Shown here in pieces: positions 12,001-27,000 of a DNA stretch of 64,000 nt. Position 1 is the stretch's first letter. Each line of letters starts with the position of its first letter. The translations under genes and the position numbers were made by a program. The notes under the pieces were generated by a model. That model ran no database searches, was not told the DNA's origin, and saw nothing but the letters and a program-made list of their open reading frames with translations. The DNA is from Antedon mediterranea (lineage: Eukaryota; Animalia; Echinodermata), in NCBI RefSeq assembly GCF_964355755.1, contig NC_092670.1:16292795-16356794 (forward strand), read 5' to 3'.

Positions 12001-15000
12001 TCCTCCCCCTCCTACTCTTCTCCTTCTCCTCCTGTTCCTACTCTTCTCCTTCTCCTCCTCTTCCTCATCCTACTCTTTTCCTCCCTTCCTACTCCTACTC
12101 TTCTCCTTCTCCTTTTCCTCATCCCACTCTTTTGCTCCCCTTCCTACTCCTACTCTTCTTCTCCTTTTCCTCCCCTTCCTACTCCTACTCTTCTCCTTCT
12201 CCTCCTCTTCCTCATCCTACTCTTTTCCTCCCCTTCCTACTCCTACTCTTCTCCTTCTCCTCCTGTTCCTACTCTTCTCTTTCTCCTTTTCCTCATCCCA
12301 CTCTTTTGCTCCCCTTCCTACTCCTACTCTTCTCCTCCTTTTCCTCCCCTTCCTACTCCTACTCTTCTCCTTCTCCTCCTGTTCCTACTCTTCTCCTTCT
12401 CCTCTTCCTCATCCTACTCTTTTCCTCCCCTTCCTACTCCTACTCTTCTCCTCTTCCTCCTCTCCTTCTTACTCCTACTCTTCTCCTTCTCCTCCTTCTA
12501 CTCTTCCTCCTCCTACTCTTCTCCTTCTCTTACTCTGCTTCTCCTCCTGCACTCCACCTTAAAACTATATAATTTTATTAAAAGCTTTTCCAGTCAAGTT
12601 CAGCCATGAAAGTGATGCAGGTCATGTGATGTACTTTAAGGAGCATGTCACAAAGGAGCCATCCCAGTTGGAGGTGTCCAACAGAACAGTCTTTGTCATC
12701 AATGTTCCACCATATTGTACTCAGGTAATTATTTTTTACTTTTTTTGAATGGATTGTACCAATTAAGAAATGTCTATTCCATTATTGCATGCAATCCCTG
12801 TAATTCTATTGATTAAAAAATGATGTACAGTATCAAAAATAAAAATAAAAGAGATAATATTTTTAAATGATATGTACAGTAGAACTGTGTGCAAAATTCT
12901 TGCTTTTAAAAAATAATAAAATATATGAACAAAAATCAATCGTAGCATAGCAAAAGAAGTACTTCAATACTTGGAAGTGAAATTACTAAATTTTACCTTT
13001 CATCTATAATTGGAATACATCATTTAAATCTTTATTAAATGATAAGAAAAATTCAGTGATGCATGTAGTCTCGTTGAAAATAATTTGTTATAATTTTATG
13101 TTTTCCATTTGATACGTGATTTTACCTAGATTGAATATTTTTATATATATATTGTATATAAATTTATGTTTTTGTTTGTTTTTTTAAATTTCTATATGAA
13201 TCACTGTTTAACTTCAATTTGATAATCATAGTAGGTTACAATATGAATGAGGCATGTTGTTTAAAATCAGGTTTTACTTGTATTGATTTGAATTTTGTAT
13301 TTAGTATTTATTTTTTATTCGTAACAAAATCTCTTTACAAAAAAAAAGAAAAACCCATTATTGTCTATTGACAGTGAATCTAATTATCTTCAACATGGTT
13401 TTTTTTTTATTTGAACGTTTTCTTTTACCCTTCCCCATTGTCAACTAAATTGGTCCTAAGATGTATTATAACTTGGCCAATTATAGTGATAATGCAAGAC
13501 GTTAGCATTTTACCACTTTGCGATACGTCCATAATGTTCAAACTCTGATTGATTAGTCCTTCGTGTCAATATGCGTGCATTGCAACAAACGCATAGATAT
13601 GTCCAAGTAGACACTTTGCTTCCGATATCCATGCCTCACCGCGCATATTTGCTTTAACGTTCTAAATGGCATCGAATAATATTTATAGCTATCGCAAGAT
13701 GAAACTTGATTCTCTCATGATTGAAATATTTTTTTATCTATATTTGACAAAATATAATATTTCATAAAAACGATATTTTGTGTGATTTTATAATTTATGA
13801 AGAAAGTTATTAATGGTAGTGTTTGATTTTAAAAGAAATGAATATAATCCAATGCTACTGTAGCTTTCTTTAAACATGTATGCATTGCTATAAGTGATCA
13901 ATATTAACAACATAATAACAATTGGAAATCACACCATTTTAAATAATAGAATTTTAAAAAGAAATATGCACAATTCAGGCCATCGTACGCTGTAAAATGA
14001 TTTTTAATTTACTATCCAAACAAAATGATACGGTATACTATTGAGGATGAATTAATAATTATGGTTAAATTAGTAAGAAATATGCACAATTCAGGCCATC
14101 GTACGCTGTAAAATGATTTTTAATTTTACTATTCATGAAGTTTAAACAAAATGATACGGTATACTATTGAGGATGAATTAATAATTATTGTTAAATTAGT
14201 AAGAAATATGCACAATTCAGGTCTCCATCAAAGACTATAAAAAGATTTTTAATTTTACTATTCATGAAGTTCAAACAAAATGATACGGTATACTATATGA
14301 GGATAAATTAATAATTATGGTTAAATTTCTAATAAATATGCACAATTCAAGTCTCCATCGTAATTTAATTTACTATTCATGAAGTTCAAACAAAATTATA
14401 CGTATACCATTGATGATGAATTAATAATTATGGTTAAATTATTAACATTCAAGTACAATTGATTAGTACTGTAATTTATTATAAAATCTTATTTTATTTA
14501 CAATCATATACAGAATGCATATATAAGAAATAAGTTTTTATATTCAAATATTTTTTGGAGTTATTGTAATTAATACTGATTATTGTATAAAATAATTTCT
14601 TTTTTTTAGGAATGTCTTGAGAGGCTATTTGGTTGCTATGGCGAAATTGAAGATATTGTTGTTCAGCAAACTCCAGGTCCATCAGTGACATCATCAAATT
14701 TGAAAACATCACAGTATTTTCCTCCAATTGAAAAGATAACGGTTAGAAAAAATAATCCAACATTATTTTCTTTCTGTAGTAATTCCTTCTTTAATATTAC
14801 TGTACATTATTACTATTACTGATTATGAAAAGTCTTTAAAGATGTATTGTCCCCCAAAAACATGAAAAATGAAGATTAATTAAATCAGACTTTGAATAGG
14901 TTACTTTGTAGTTTTAATAAAGTTAATCACTTCCTTAAAAAAAATCCATTGGCTGGCAGCCAATTTGACCACTTTTGGCTTTAAATTACAGTTTGTTCAT

Positions 15001-18000
15001 GTTAAATAAAAATTTTTTAGATCAAATTTTGGGATTTATGTGACATTAAAATGGCATATTCAACAACAAAAAAATTGTAAAATTATTTTTTCATGGGGAC
15101 AATACATCTTAAATTTTCTATATGTACTCTTAAAAGTTGAATTGCATTTAACTGTTCTTCCAAGATGTTCTGTTTAAATAATTCTTTTAGATTTGACATT
15201 ACAGTACTAACAGATTTTGAAGTTGACGCTGACAAAAAAAATAAGTGTAAAATAAATCATCAAATATTAGGCAAATTCTGTCACTTTTTCTAATTTAAGT
15301 GCTTTTATAAGCCTTTAGGCGGTTTGGAATAGGCTGTGCGTCCTCGGCCCATCTTATCACGGCTCAATTGCTTCCATGGACATGATAAGAATAATCAAAT
15401 CTGTTTTGACACGTAACAATTTAATTTCTTGTGTCACATAAAATTGTACATGCAATTGACATATATAAATAATATAATTCAAATTTTTTTAAATAAATAC
15501 ATTTTTAAAATCTTATTTCAACAAGGTCAGTAACACTTGTATATATTACAAACTTTAATAAATTAATTTATTGAGGAATTGTGTTTGTACTTGGCACCAT
15601 TTAAATGTAAAAGATAAATGTAACTAGTTTAACAAGGCCATTAAAATTCAAAAGGATTAAAAACAAAAGAACTTAATTACAAACTTTGACATCTACTACG
15701 AAGCAATTTATTATCAGATGTGAAATATATTTAATGGCCTTTGCTTGTATTGTATTGCGATATCAAAACCAATTTCCACTTTCTTCAATTTTTTTAACAA
15801 AAAGTAGGTCAAATGGCTATAAATTGTTTACTTTTTTCCATTTTTTTTTGGACAAAAAGTAGGTCAAAGGTAATATGTGTACTGCAGTTACTGCAGTAAT
15901 AATACTACAGTACACTATAAGTATATTAATTTGATACAGTACACATACATAATGTCACTGTATAGTTCTATATAAATGGTGATGGTTTCCAAAAACCATT
16001 CATATACACTCACTAGAGGGTGACCGTGCGAAGCGAACGCACACTCTAGTTTTACAAATGAACTTAAAATGAACTGTGTGATGCAGTAATGTATACATTT
16101 ACTGCAGTAAACTGTCATTGACTGTTCAATCAGACATCACCGTGTTTGGTTAGAAAAGCATATATATTCTATGGTGATGACATTTACATTTTACTTAATG
16201 TACTTTACAAATCCCAGGCCTAACGAAGGATGTTGTATGGAATTATGTGGCATTAGTCGTATTGTACATATCGTGATAGGTAGCCAACAAGGTTTAGTTT
16301 GTAGTGTGTTGTCAAGTTGAAAAAAAAATCACACACTGTCGCTGATGCTTTTATTTAAATTTAATAGTGAAAGTAATCTATGAAAAACTGATCCTTTTAA
16401 AGGAAAGCATGTTGAGGCATGGCTGTGTAGTTTTACTTTCAATATAATGGTTCTGTCTCCATTCTTGCACATGTCATTGGTTTATTTGATGTAATAGAAT
16501 TGGAAATAATGGCGTACTCTGAATCTGTAACGGGGTTCAATTCAATTCAACTTTTTTTTTACCACAGAGGCCCAGATCAACTGGTTGTTCTTCCCTGAGG
16601 ACCATTCACATACAAAAATACAAATACAATTTTTAGATATTATTTACAGCATATAAATTATAAATATAATTAAATTTAATGTGGGCGAGCTAGGTCTAAA
16701 GCTTTATGTCACAAAAAAATGTTCTTTGCCCATATATGGACATGATGATGTCATATCACTACCATATTTAAGCATGTCACTACCATATTTGGACACATGT
16801 TCACAAAAGTCATGTGCAGCCTTTGGACATTTACTAGTGTCTTTCAGTTATTTTCTTTTGCGTTTCTAATAATTGACATCAAAAATTGTTTTGGTTTGAT
16901 TTCAGGGGTGAGAAAGTAGAGACATGCTTACAACGTAGAAATCGTAAAAATATATGATACTTTCTTTATGATGTTTTCACAGTAATTACAAATGTTGCCT
17001 TTAGTATCATTTAACCTTTTGTTTCATCAGACTGGCCGTCTAAATGTATTTATCGATTTAAACGTATACAGTATAATGACTGAAATATTTTGATTATGAA
17101 TTAAAAAGATGTTTTACTATATGTACTGAAGTTGATTCAATATTTAATGAGTAGAAGGATTGTTTAATATCTATGTTTTTCAATGCGGCTGACATTTAAC
17201 ATCGTTTGTTACAGTAGTAACAATGTTTCATCATTATATAATGTTTACAACATCAAGGGGTAAAAGGTTATTGTTTTTATTCATGTCATTTTTTCAACTT
17301 TATTGTAAACAATGTTTTATCATGACGTTATCCTCATGCCATATCAATTTTATAACCATAACATTTCTTGATATCAATGGTATATTCTTATCAATTGTAC
17401 TTTCTTGATATCAATTGTACTTTCTTGATATCAATTGTACTTTCTTGATATCAATTATATACTTTTATCAATTATACTTGATATATCAATTATATACTTG
17501 ATATATCAATTATATACTTTCTTGATATAAATTATATACTTGATATCAAATATACTTTCTTGATCAATTATATACTTTCTTGATATTAAAAATACTTGCC
17601 CTCTATTCTCTGTTCTGTCAAGGCATAATGTCATAATCTAAGAAAGGACACATTAAAAATCTTATGCACTTTATGTTTAAAAAAAAAGCAATAACATAGA
17701 TGGTCGTTGGAAGTTGTTGATGTGACCAATTCTAACAAAACAAGATTTTGTTTCCATTACGAATGTGGTTTACTCGCTGTAAACTTCCAATCAATGCATA
17801 CTTTCAAGACCTGACCAATTTGATTTCTTCTTTGCTAATGTGGAGACTGAGCCTTTATGGCTTGTTCTCGACCTTTACCCGTCATTTTAATGATCATGTC
17901 ACTTTTTTGTTGATGCATGTGTTCCATAATTGACAGCTTGAACTTTTACTCGATGACGGCTAAAAAAAAAAAATTATATTTGCGACCTCAATCAGTTATA

Positions 18001-21000
18001 TTTGAAATTTTCACACATTTGCAATATAATTTTCTTAAACTTGATGAACTATCTTCGTCAGCTGTTGACCAATATTGACCATAATTAGCCTTTAATTTCC
18101 TTGTTTACCAGTATTACATAAAATATTATTTATATGTGAAAACATCTGTTGTTTCTTCATTAGATACAAGGGCATGGACGACTCCATTTCGTTGTAAATG
18201 ATTTTATCATTTGTTTACAGTTGAATCTATTGTTGTTTAAGATCTACACTTTTTGTGATGACACAATAGGTTGGGTGTTGACATGGTTCCTTACCAATTT
18301 CAGGGTTCTTGGTCCAAATCCTGAGTTAGTACCATCATTTTTCTTATTGCCAAAACAACACAATTAGCTAGCTAAAATACAGGATTTGTGATTTAAAGAA
18401 ATAAATAGGTCAGTGAAATTAAGAAGTTATGAATAATGGTATACCGTAGCTTTCTTACAATACATTTCTGTGATTTCAATCTCTTATGTTTCGTACGTCT
18501 ATTAATTTTATCAATCAATAGATATTGCGAACAATACCTCTTTTGCTGTTAAACTATCTTATTACGATAAATGGTATAGTTTATCAGTTACTGCAGTGAA
18601 AGTATTATTTAATTGTACATGCTCAGTTCGTGTATTGGATTGCGGATATCTTTGATTGTATGTATTATGTGGATTATGGGCCACTTAAAATTTATACTAA
18701 ATTTGATACATTTCTTAAACTATAATTTTGCTTAAAAATACTGTAAATATGAGGCAGATGGAATTGCACTAGTCTAATATAAGTTGTTGGATTTTCAACA
18801 ATCTAGACATAAAAACTAAAATTAGTACTGGAACTGTATTGTGTTTAAATATTCTGACCTAGTACACTGGGTTTTGTCCACTCTGTGTCTCTCTATCTCT
18901 ATACAGGTATATATTTTCCCAAGAAAAATATCAAAATGAATGCACTTAGTAACTGAGTGAAGTACTTGGCAAAATATTTCCACAGAGGGCGCATGTTGAT
19001 ATTTTGGCCCATGTTAAAAGAATATAAATTGTTCTTTTTTTCATTTGTGAGGTTATTAATTAACCGATTTTCTTTTTTCAATTTCAATAGGCATGTTCTT
19101 TAAGTATATATCTATTTACACTTTAAAATTTAGAATTGTAGGCCCTAACAAACAAGCAAGTACTATATTTTGAGCAAAATTCTATTTTACCAAGTAATAA
19201 TTAGCAAAACATAAATACTGTATAAGGCACTATGTTGCAACAAAACATGGATTCTTTGATGTAATACAGTATTATAAAGCACACTGCATCCTTGGTTTGA
19301 AAGGCTTGGCGAAACATAGAGAGCTGAATAATATTATTCAACCTACTTTAAGTCAGTATGATAAAAGAGGGTTGTATAGTAAACATCAATCAATTTCATC
19401 TTTAATTTGATTAAACTGTAGCAGTATTCTTACATACTGTACTGTATATTTTATAAGATGTAATTGGGCAATGTTTTACAAACCAAGATTTATGGCATTT
19501 CCTTTTCATGTGATAAATAAATTTATTTAATGGTTAAAAACTAAATGTACAGGCTGCCGATTTCATTTTGCTCAATTCTCTAAAGTAATATACATTATCC
19601 ATGTTTTAGACAGAATTAGTAAGCATAAATCGATATACCAGCTAGAAAATCTAACAACAGGATGCTGAGTTCCGGAGATCAAAGGGTTTATCTGTGGCTG
19701 CGACACTATCAGTTAATAGGCACCACACACTGCGGAGAATATGTACATGGTACAGTATTGCCGGTATCTGTCGCAGCCAGACCTAAGATCAAGGCGAGCT
19801 CGGTTTCCTGTCGTTAGATTGCCTTGATACCAGTAACTTTTATATATAGATTAAATTAAAGATTTGGATTTGTTGATTTATGATGGAATACAGAATAGGG
19901 AGGACGTCTTTTGGACCCAACAAAGTGTTTGCTTTTATAGTGTTTGTTCGTTTCCCAAAAAGGTGTCGCCATTAGCGTTGTCCCCTGAATAGTATTGTCC
20001 CAAAGGAGGGCTCTATTGTATATCCTCTTCAATAATGTAAAACAAAATTATTTCATGTTGGTTTAAAAGCGTAAACTATTAATTACCGCTATGATTATGA
20101 TTGAAATTCCAACACATGTAAAGACACCTTAAAGAAACTCAAGTCTAAGCACACCATTGACGTCAGCTAAATTCATTTAGTACTAAGTCAATAACAAAAT
20201 TGGTCTTTGTAAAAGACAATGATTTTATACTTTTTCTCAAGCTTACACTCAAGATCTTAAAAGCCAGCGGTGCTTTGAGTTTAAGTAGCTACAAATGGTC
20301 TCTTTTGAAGCTTGTATAACATACGATATAAAATATCATTTTGCTAGCTTCACTTTCTCTAACTCATCAAATGAACCAATTAAATCAATACAAAATGGTT
20401 TTATAGTATGTTCGCGTTGTTATACATTATCAATACCATCATCAAGCATCTGGATGTCTTTCAAGATGTGGGAAATTTATTATACATAAATTTAGTGTAA
20501 TTACTGCTAAATCTATTTAAAGTAGAATAAATGCATCAGAATTTGGCACAAGGCCATCCAATATGTTGCACACAGTCACTGGGCCTAGACCCTACACCGA
20601 TTTCTGTTTTCTTTACCACTCTCTAAATCTAATTTACCATAGTAAAGTCAAATTTTGAAATGTTTAACAACCTTTGAAAATGTAACTATAATATGCAAAG
20701 AACTATTATGTTATAACACAAACATTGAGAACATCCCATGTACTGTATAAACATAACAAAATTAGTCCCCCCAATGGTTAATTATGATTTTTTACCCAAT
20801 ACAATTGTATACGTCTGTTCGTCTTTTTTGACGCCTTCTGTTCCTACTGCAAGCAGTAACTTCGTATTAATACGTGTCTGCACCAATTGTTCAAGCACAC
20901 TTATTGTTCCCATTCAGAGTATTATTCTTCACCTTTCTTTCACCCTAAAAGCTATTATTTTATCCAAACGCAATCACATTTAAATGATAAATGGGAATTT

Positions 21001-24000
21001 ATGTCTCTAAAATGGAAATAATTTTTTCTTTTTTTTTAAAATTTATTATAGAACTAATATTATTATACATGGTTTATAACAAAACAACCTTGAGGTGTCC
21101 GCATTTTAAAGGTAATGCATTCTGTCGCTCTTACTCAAGAGATATGATCTTCCAAAAATTATGCTTCTCTGTCAAATATACTTTTTCATTTTTGCCATTG
21201 CATCTTGAAATAAAATAGATATTGACTCTTGACAAATTAAGAAAGGATTGATTGATTATATTTTTTTTGTATATATAGCTTGATTAACTTTTTCTTAATT
21301 TTCTTTTGATTTCGGTTGCGAGTAATATAAGACAGAGAGTCTGTACAGTTCACCAAGGCCTTAACATTACTATTAGTTTAATGACTAAGCACAGTAATTG
21401 GACTCATTACTTTCCACAGAGCTACACTTAATTGCAGCACTGTTAAGTACCCTATATGTATAATCTCATGCTTAAGTTTAATCTCATGCTCGAGTATTAT
21501 CCCATTCTCAAGTATAATTACATGCCCAATCTTATCTTTGAGCATGCTTGAGTTAAATTTCGTACTTAAGTATAATCTTGAGTGTAATATAAGTATAACC
21601 TCATGTTTGAGTTACATGCTTAAGTATAACCAAAATCAAAATTGTCTTTATATCTCAAGGAACTTAAATATAACGATACTGTAATTCTACGCTGCAATAC
21701 TGTATACTAAATATATATAAAAATGCGTATAAAATGCATTTTGTAAATCAAATTGGTTTTCGGAAACTTTATTGTACTTCTTAATAATGAAAGGGCACAA
21801 ATGATTACTGTAACCATTCCAGAATAAACTTTCTCTATTATTCAGAACTACAGTCTTCTACATAAAGATGATACTGTAAAATATATATGTTGGAAGCTGG
21901 ATCATTTTTAAGAAGCAGTCTTGCACAGATTGTTATCACTTTGTGGACTGTATCAGTTGCAATATAAAAGTCAGGATTTATCATCTTTGTAATACGATAC
22001 AAATGCAGTAGTTAATTTATAGCATTGTGTTCAGCTTTTCTGTGATATAACACTTTCTTATTATTGCAAATGGCACCTATATGTAACACAGCGATTTATT
22101 CAGTAACCCTTGTAATACTTAAGTGCATTCAGTTATTCTTATCTTTCAATAATGTCCACACCATATGACCTATTCCTAAGTAAATAATAAACATTGAAAC
22201 TATGTTCAAATTGACCTGATTCCAGGCTTTTGGCCGAATAAAAATGATTAAAATGGGTAGGAATGTAACTGTTATTAAGACAAACACATTTTTGATTCTG
22301 CGCAAAACAATGTATATGATCAAACTCATTTTCTGCTGCCAATGGAGCGAATTTGTGCTCAATGAAGACGTAGCTAGATTTCTTTCTAAAGCTCTGTCTA
22401 CACTATCAAACGTCATGTCCATATATGAACATGATGATGTCATATCACTACCATATTTAGGCATATCACTACCATATTTGAGCACATCACACTATTTTGT
22501 CAACCTAGTGTCTACCAGATACTAGTTCTTTTGAGAGGAATCAAATTTATGTTTCATATTGATTCAAATTACAAATGTTGTAGCCAAAGGGCGTGTTGCA
22601 AATATTAAGTATGATATATTCAAATTTACAGAAAAAGACACAAATAGTTAAAAGGCTATCACTACGTTAACAAGTCATGGGGCCCTCTCGATGGTATCCT
22701 GATGAAACTCGCTATTACTATCTGAAGTCATACAAAAATTAAATAAAAGGCAATGCCTCTTTGGCTGTTAATTTTAATAAGACTATAAATTACTGTAATT
22801 ATAGTAATTTGTGATAATTATTTAACAGACAGCGTTTTGAATGTTTTCTTTTAAAGAACGTACTATTTAAAGAGCAGTGGCTTACTAATATCTATGATTG
22901 AATGATCTTATTTTTTAGAGACTCTAAAAATGTGGCAATAAAAGCGTGTTGTTTGCTGTTTTTTTGCTCAATTTCTAGCAATTTATTTTTATCATATGTA
23001 TAACAATTTTTTTTAAATGCATCCCTGGTGCTTCATAAAAATCAAGTTACATTCAAATTCTGAAGTTTATTTCTGCTTATAATATTTGATAGTAGCTGCT
23101 GTAAATGTAGTAAGTCTCTTTTGTTCCTCCCCCAAGCCCCTGGATATGCCTGTGACGATTTATTAAAGGCATGCAAAACCATTATTTAAGTTTTTAACAT
23201 TTTATTTGAAAGATAACGAAAATCTTAAAATGTCTTTAAATTAACAGTGAAGAGGCTGTGATGCATACGTAGTGATATTCAGTCCCGTCACCGAAACATT
23301 CTCTCATATTCTAATTATTATTATTTATTTTTTCAGGGTTTTCATGTAGCCTATGTTACTTATGAAGATGCAGATTCTATAGAAAGATTAAAAAAGAAGA
23401 AAATAAAAGATCCTAAAGTTTTGTCGACCTCAAAATCACACATAGCAACAGGTCTAGAAAGTAAGTAGTTAAAAATTTATAATAATAATAATTAAACATT
23501 GTATATAGCGCTGGCCAATTACAAAAAGATGATCAAAGGCCCATTGTATCCTGAAATTTGCTCAATAAATGTTTTTTAAATTTATCTTAAATGAGTCAAA
23601 AGTGAGTAGGTGAAAGTTTTACAAAGGAGGATACAACAAAAAGAAAAAGAGAGTCCACCGTAAGTCTTGGTTTATCAGAGGAGTTTTAGGCAACTAGATG
23701 GAACGTTTAAAGGAACAAGTAAAAGTAAATTAGACAGCATGAAGGCTTAGGTCGTTTTTTTTTTTTATCATATGACCTAGGGGCCCTTGTGGGTCTTCAA
23801 CCACCCTCTACACCATGCTCCTAAAGGATGTGGGTACCGGTTTGGTTGCCGGTGTGTGACAGTGGCTGTGTGTTAACTAGTTCACCAGGGTAACCCTCTA
23901 CTCATTTTGAATGATGTACTAGGTTCACATGAGCGTTGTGTACACTGGACCTATGGTTTATAGTCCTATCTGAGAAGACTCGTTCTACCACCAGAATCAT

Positions 24001-27000
24001 GGAGGAAGTGAGCCTCGAACCCTTGCCGATGTTATGGCTACGTAATTTGAAATTTGCAACAACAACAAATGCTAAATCATTAGTGTTTAAAACAACCCTC
24101 ATTGCTAAGTACCGGTTGTCTTATGTGTGCTTCATTGATCACCCTTAGGTTGTTCTATGGCCTCTGTCTACAACTTTACAAAGTTCGAATCATTACTTTA
24201 TATTTTATTAATTTACATTTATTAATAAATACGCATCATCGCAAGGTTCAGATAATTAATTTATATAAATAATTGATGTGAAATTAAATTATATTAATTC
24301 ATGTTTAGCATTTCAAGGTTCAAATAATTTTATTTTCAAGTCATATATGAATGTGTTCCACATTAAAGCCGATTATTAATGTTATAATAGCTAGACATCA
24401 TTAACAAATCTCTAGACATTCAAGATCATTATATCATATACTTAACTAATTACCATCCTCGCCTCTGGCTTTTTAACAACCTCAGAAGCGTTGCTTTTCC
24501 ATGTATATTGGATCAAAAGTCTTCGCGAATGCAATTATTGCTCAATTAATTGGATTCTGTCGACGCTTTGCTAAAGACACTGATTAGCTGTTAGGTAATG
24601 AACAATAGCTCATGGGAAAATAGACGGGAATCAACTAGGTTTTGTCATGCAATCTCTTTTTACATATTATATATGTGACTGAAAACCATTGATAATTTTT
24701 TTTTTTAACAGAATAACCATTTTCATTGCGAAGTGTTTATACTGATGTAGTGAAGCATAAAAAAAAACTGTTGGTGTATTAAATGAATAAACTTGTGGTA
24801 GCCGAGTGGCTCTGTCTACACTATCAAACTTTATGTGACTAAAAATGTGATGTGCCCATATATGGACACGATGATGTTATACCACTACCATATTTGGGCA
24901 CATCACACTAGTAGACAGAGCTCATGTATAATAGAGAATAGCTACAGGCAACTGTTTGTGAATTTAATTTTTGGTTCAATGAGCGGTCAGTATTTGAAGA
25001 CCACATGTTTGTGATCGCATTCCCATTTGACCCTATTTATATCCTCATGGGAAAAAAAAAAATGTTTAACTCAATCTTTAGTACAAAAATGTTGGAATAT
25101 GTTGAAATCTCAGCATGACCGGTTGGTTTCTTAGAAATCAACTTTAGTATTAAAGTTATATAGATTCATAGAAAGTGGAAACAATTTAAATAATATAAAA
25201 ATGATTATCTTCGATATCATAATTTGTTTTTATTGCTCAATAAAAACAACATTGTAAATTCGCAGAAATGTGGACCATATATTACATCATGAAACAGCAT
25301 GTTCTGTACCATTTGCAATGTTTAACGAGAATGATGTCCAGAGATATGAGTGATAATAAATTTGTTATCATTGGTATCGTACTTAACTAACATCTTCACC
25401 CATGATAAGTATGATAAAAATTGGTGAAAAGTTTGTTTTAATAGATTGTGTAATAACAGAACAATATTCCGCATTCAGTGCAGTGCACTGGTATTCCACG
25501 CATTACCACGTTAAAAACAGTTTACGCCATGCGTGAACACTATGGGGCAAATCGTGGTATGCATATATCGTTGAGAAACCATGCTTTTATAAAAGTATCA
25601 ACAATGAGAAAGATCATGGAGACATTTCTGGCCATGTGCAAAAAAGTTCCAACATTGTCCCCCACCGACCATAAGTTGCCAAGCATGCTCCATTGTCTGT
25701 GGAGCATTGGCAGACCAAAATGTGTGCAATCATTAACAGGCTTATTATCTGTACACTACTAGTTTTTTTGCTTGCGTATATACAAATACATATGTTTGTT
25801 CTAATGGGATTTTCCGTTATAATACAATCAGACGGATAGAAAGTGACGTTAGACGCACTTAATTCTGTTGATTGTTGGCCCTTGCATATTTTCCTCCTGT
25901 TAACAAGGTAAAATTAGAGTAGCAAATTACAGTGGACAATAAAGTTTTACTTTTTGCCTCATTAGACGATAAAAGGTTCAAATGCCAACATTTAGATTTC
26001 CGTACATTTTGATTTATGGCGCTTCACTTCAGTCAGACAGAACTCAATAAAGAGAAATAATTCTTATGTTCTGCCACCTACAACTATTGGACAATACACA
26101 AGAAAGTTTGAATAATTTTAATCCTTTTTTTTATAAAGATTTGTTTATGGAGGAGGGACATGAATATATTTAATTATTTGTGTAATACATATAATACCAT
26201 TTACATATTTGTTAAATTAAACAACTTGCCATATTACAGAGTAGATCTCTTTTGAGACATTCCCCCCCCCCCTCCCCTTTCATGGAACAGTAAAGGGACA
26301 TTGTCCTGTGAAACCGAATGATGGGAAACATTACCAGCCATTTCCTATTCTGGCAGCATTTGTGTTGGATTACGTAGGTATCCCTTTAACATGGTTTTAT
26401 TTGCTGAAGAGCCTTTTAATCTGTTTACTTGTACTTCAAAGTACTTTTTTTCATTTATATTCTTTACTAAATACATTTTACATTCTGAAATCTTGTTTTT
26501 TTTTCTTCTTAAAAGTCGATGAAAATATTACCTACAGTGAGGCAATTTCTTGTAATTGATAATGATACATTCGCAATGACTGTGTTTTTCTCTTTGGTAA
26601 TTGAGATAAAACAGAATGGTTGATTTGTAAAAAGCTTTTAACGTCGAACACCGGCAGCTGTCAGCTCTCCCTATTTCTACATCATACAGAGTAAAAACCT
26701 TTTTAACTGCTTGAAAAACAACTCATAATTGTGGTGTAGATATCTAAGCTATAATCCCATTAGTACTGTTTGTTTGCTTGAGCATTTGGTTGCAGTGGCG
26801 ATCTTGTGAATTTAACAGGGGATGGAGCAAATCCAAGATCGTTGACCTAGATGTCTAATGATGCATGAAGAAGGGTCATTGCAATCCTCAAACCTCTGTG
26901 ATTTTTAGGTGTTGTTTGTCGGTATGATGTTTATTTCAGGAAGTCACTTTGAATATGGATTTGAACCACCGGACAAGTACTCTCCATATATGGCAATATA

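Noticed and set aside
11659-12609. Three long overlapping ORFs (316, 297, 146 aa) rich in L/S/P/F
   Set aside because: Artefacts of a stop-free pyrimidine tract inside RRP7A intron 1; open in all three frames.
16012-16050. Helitron-like 3' end (small hairpin plus CTAGT)
   Set aside because: Single short motif with no 5' end or second copy identified.
18255-18323. C/D-box snoRNA candidate (GTGATGA...CTGA) in an RRP7A intron
   Set aside because: No terminal stem and no rRNA-complementary guide that I can recognise.
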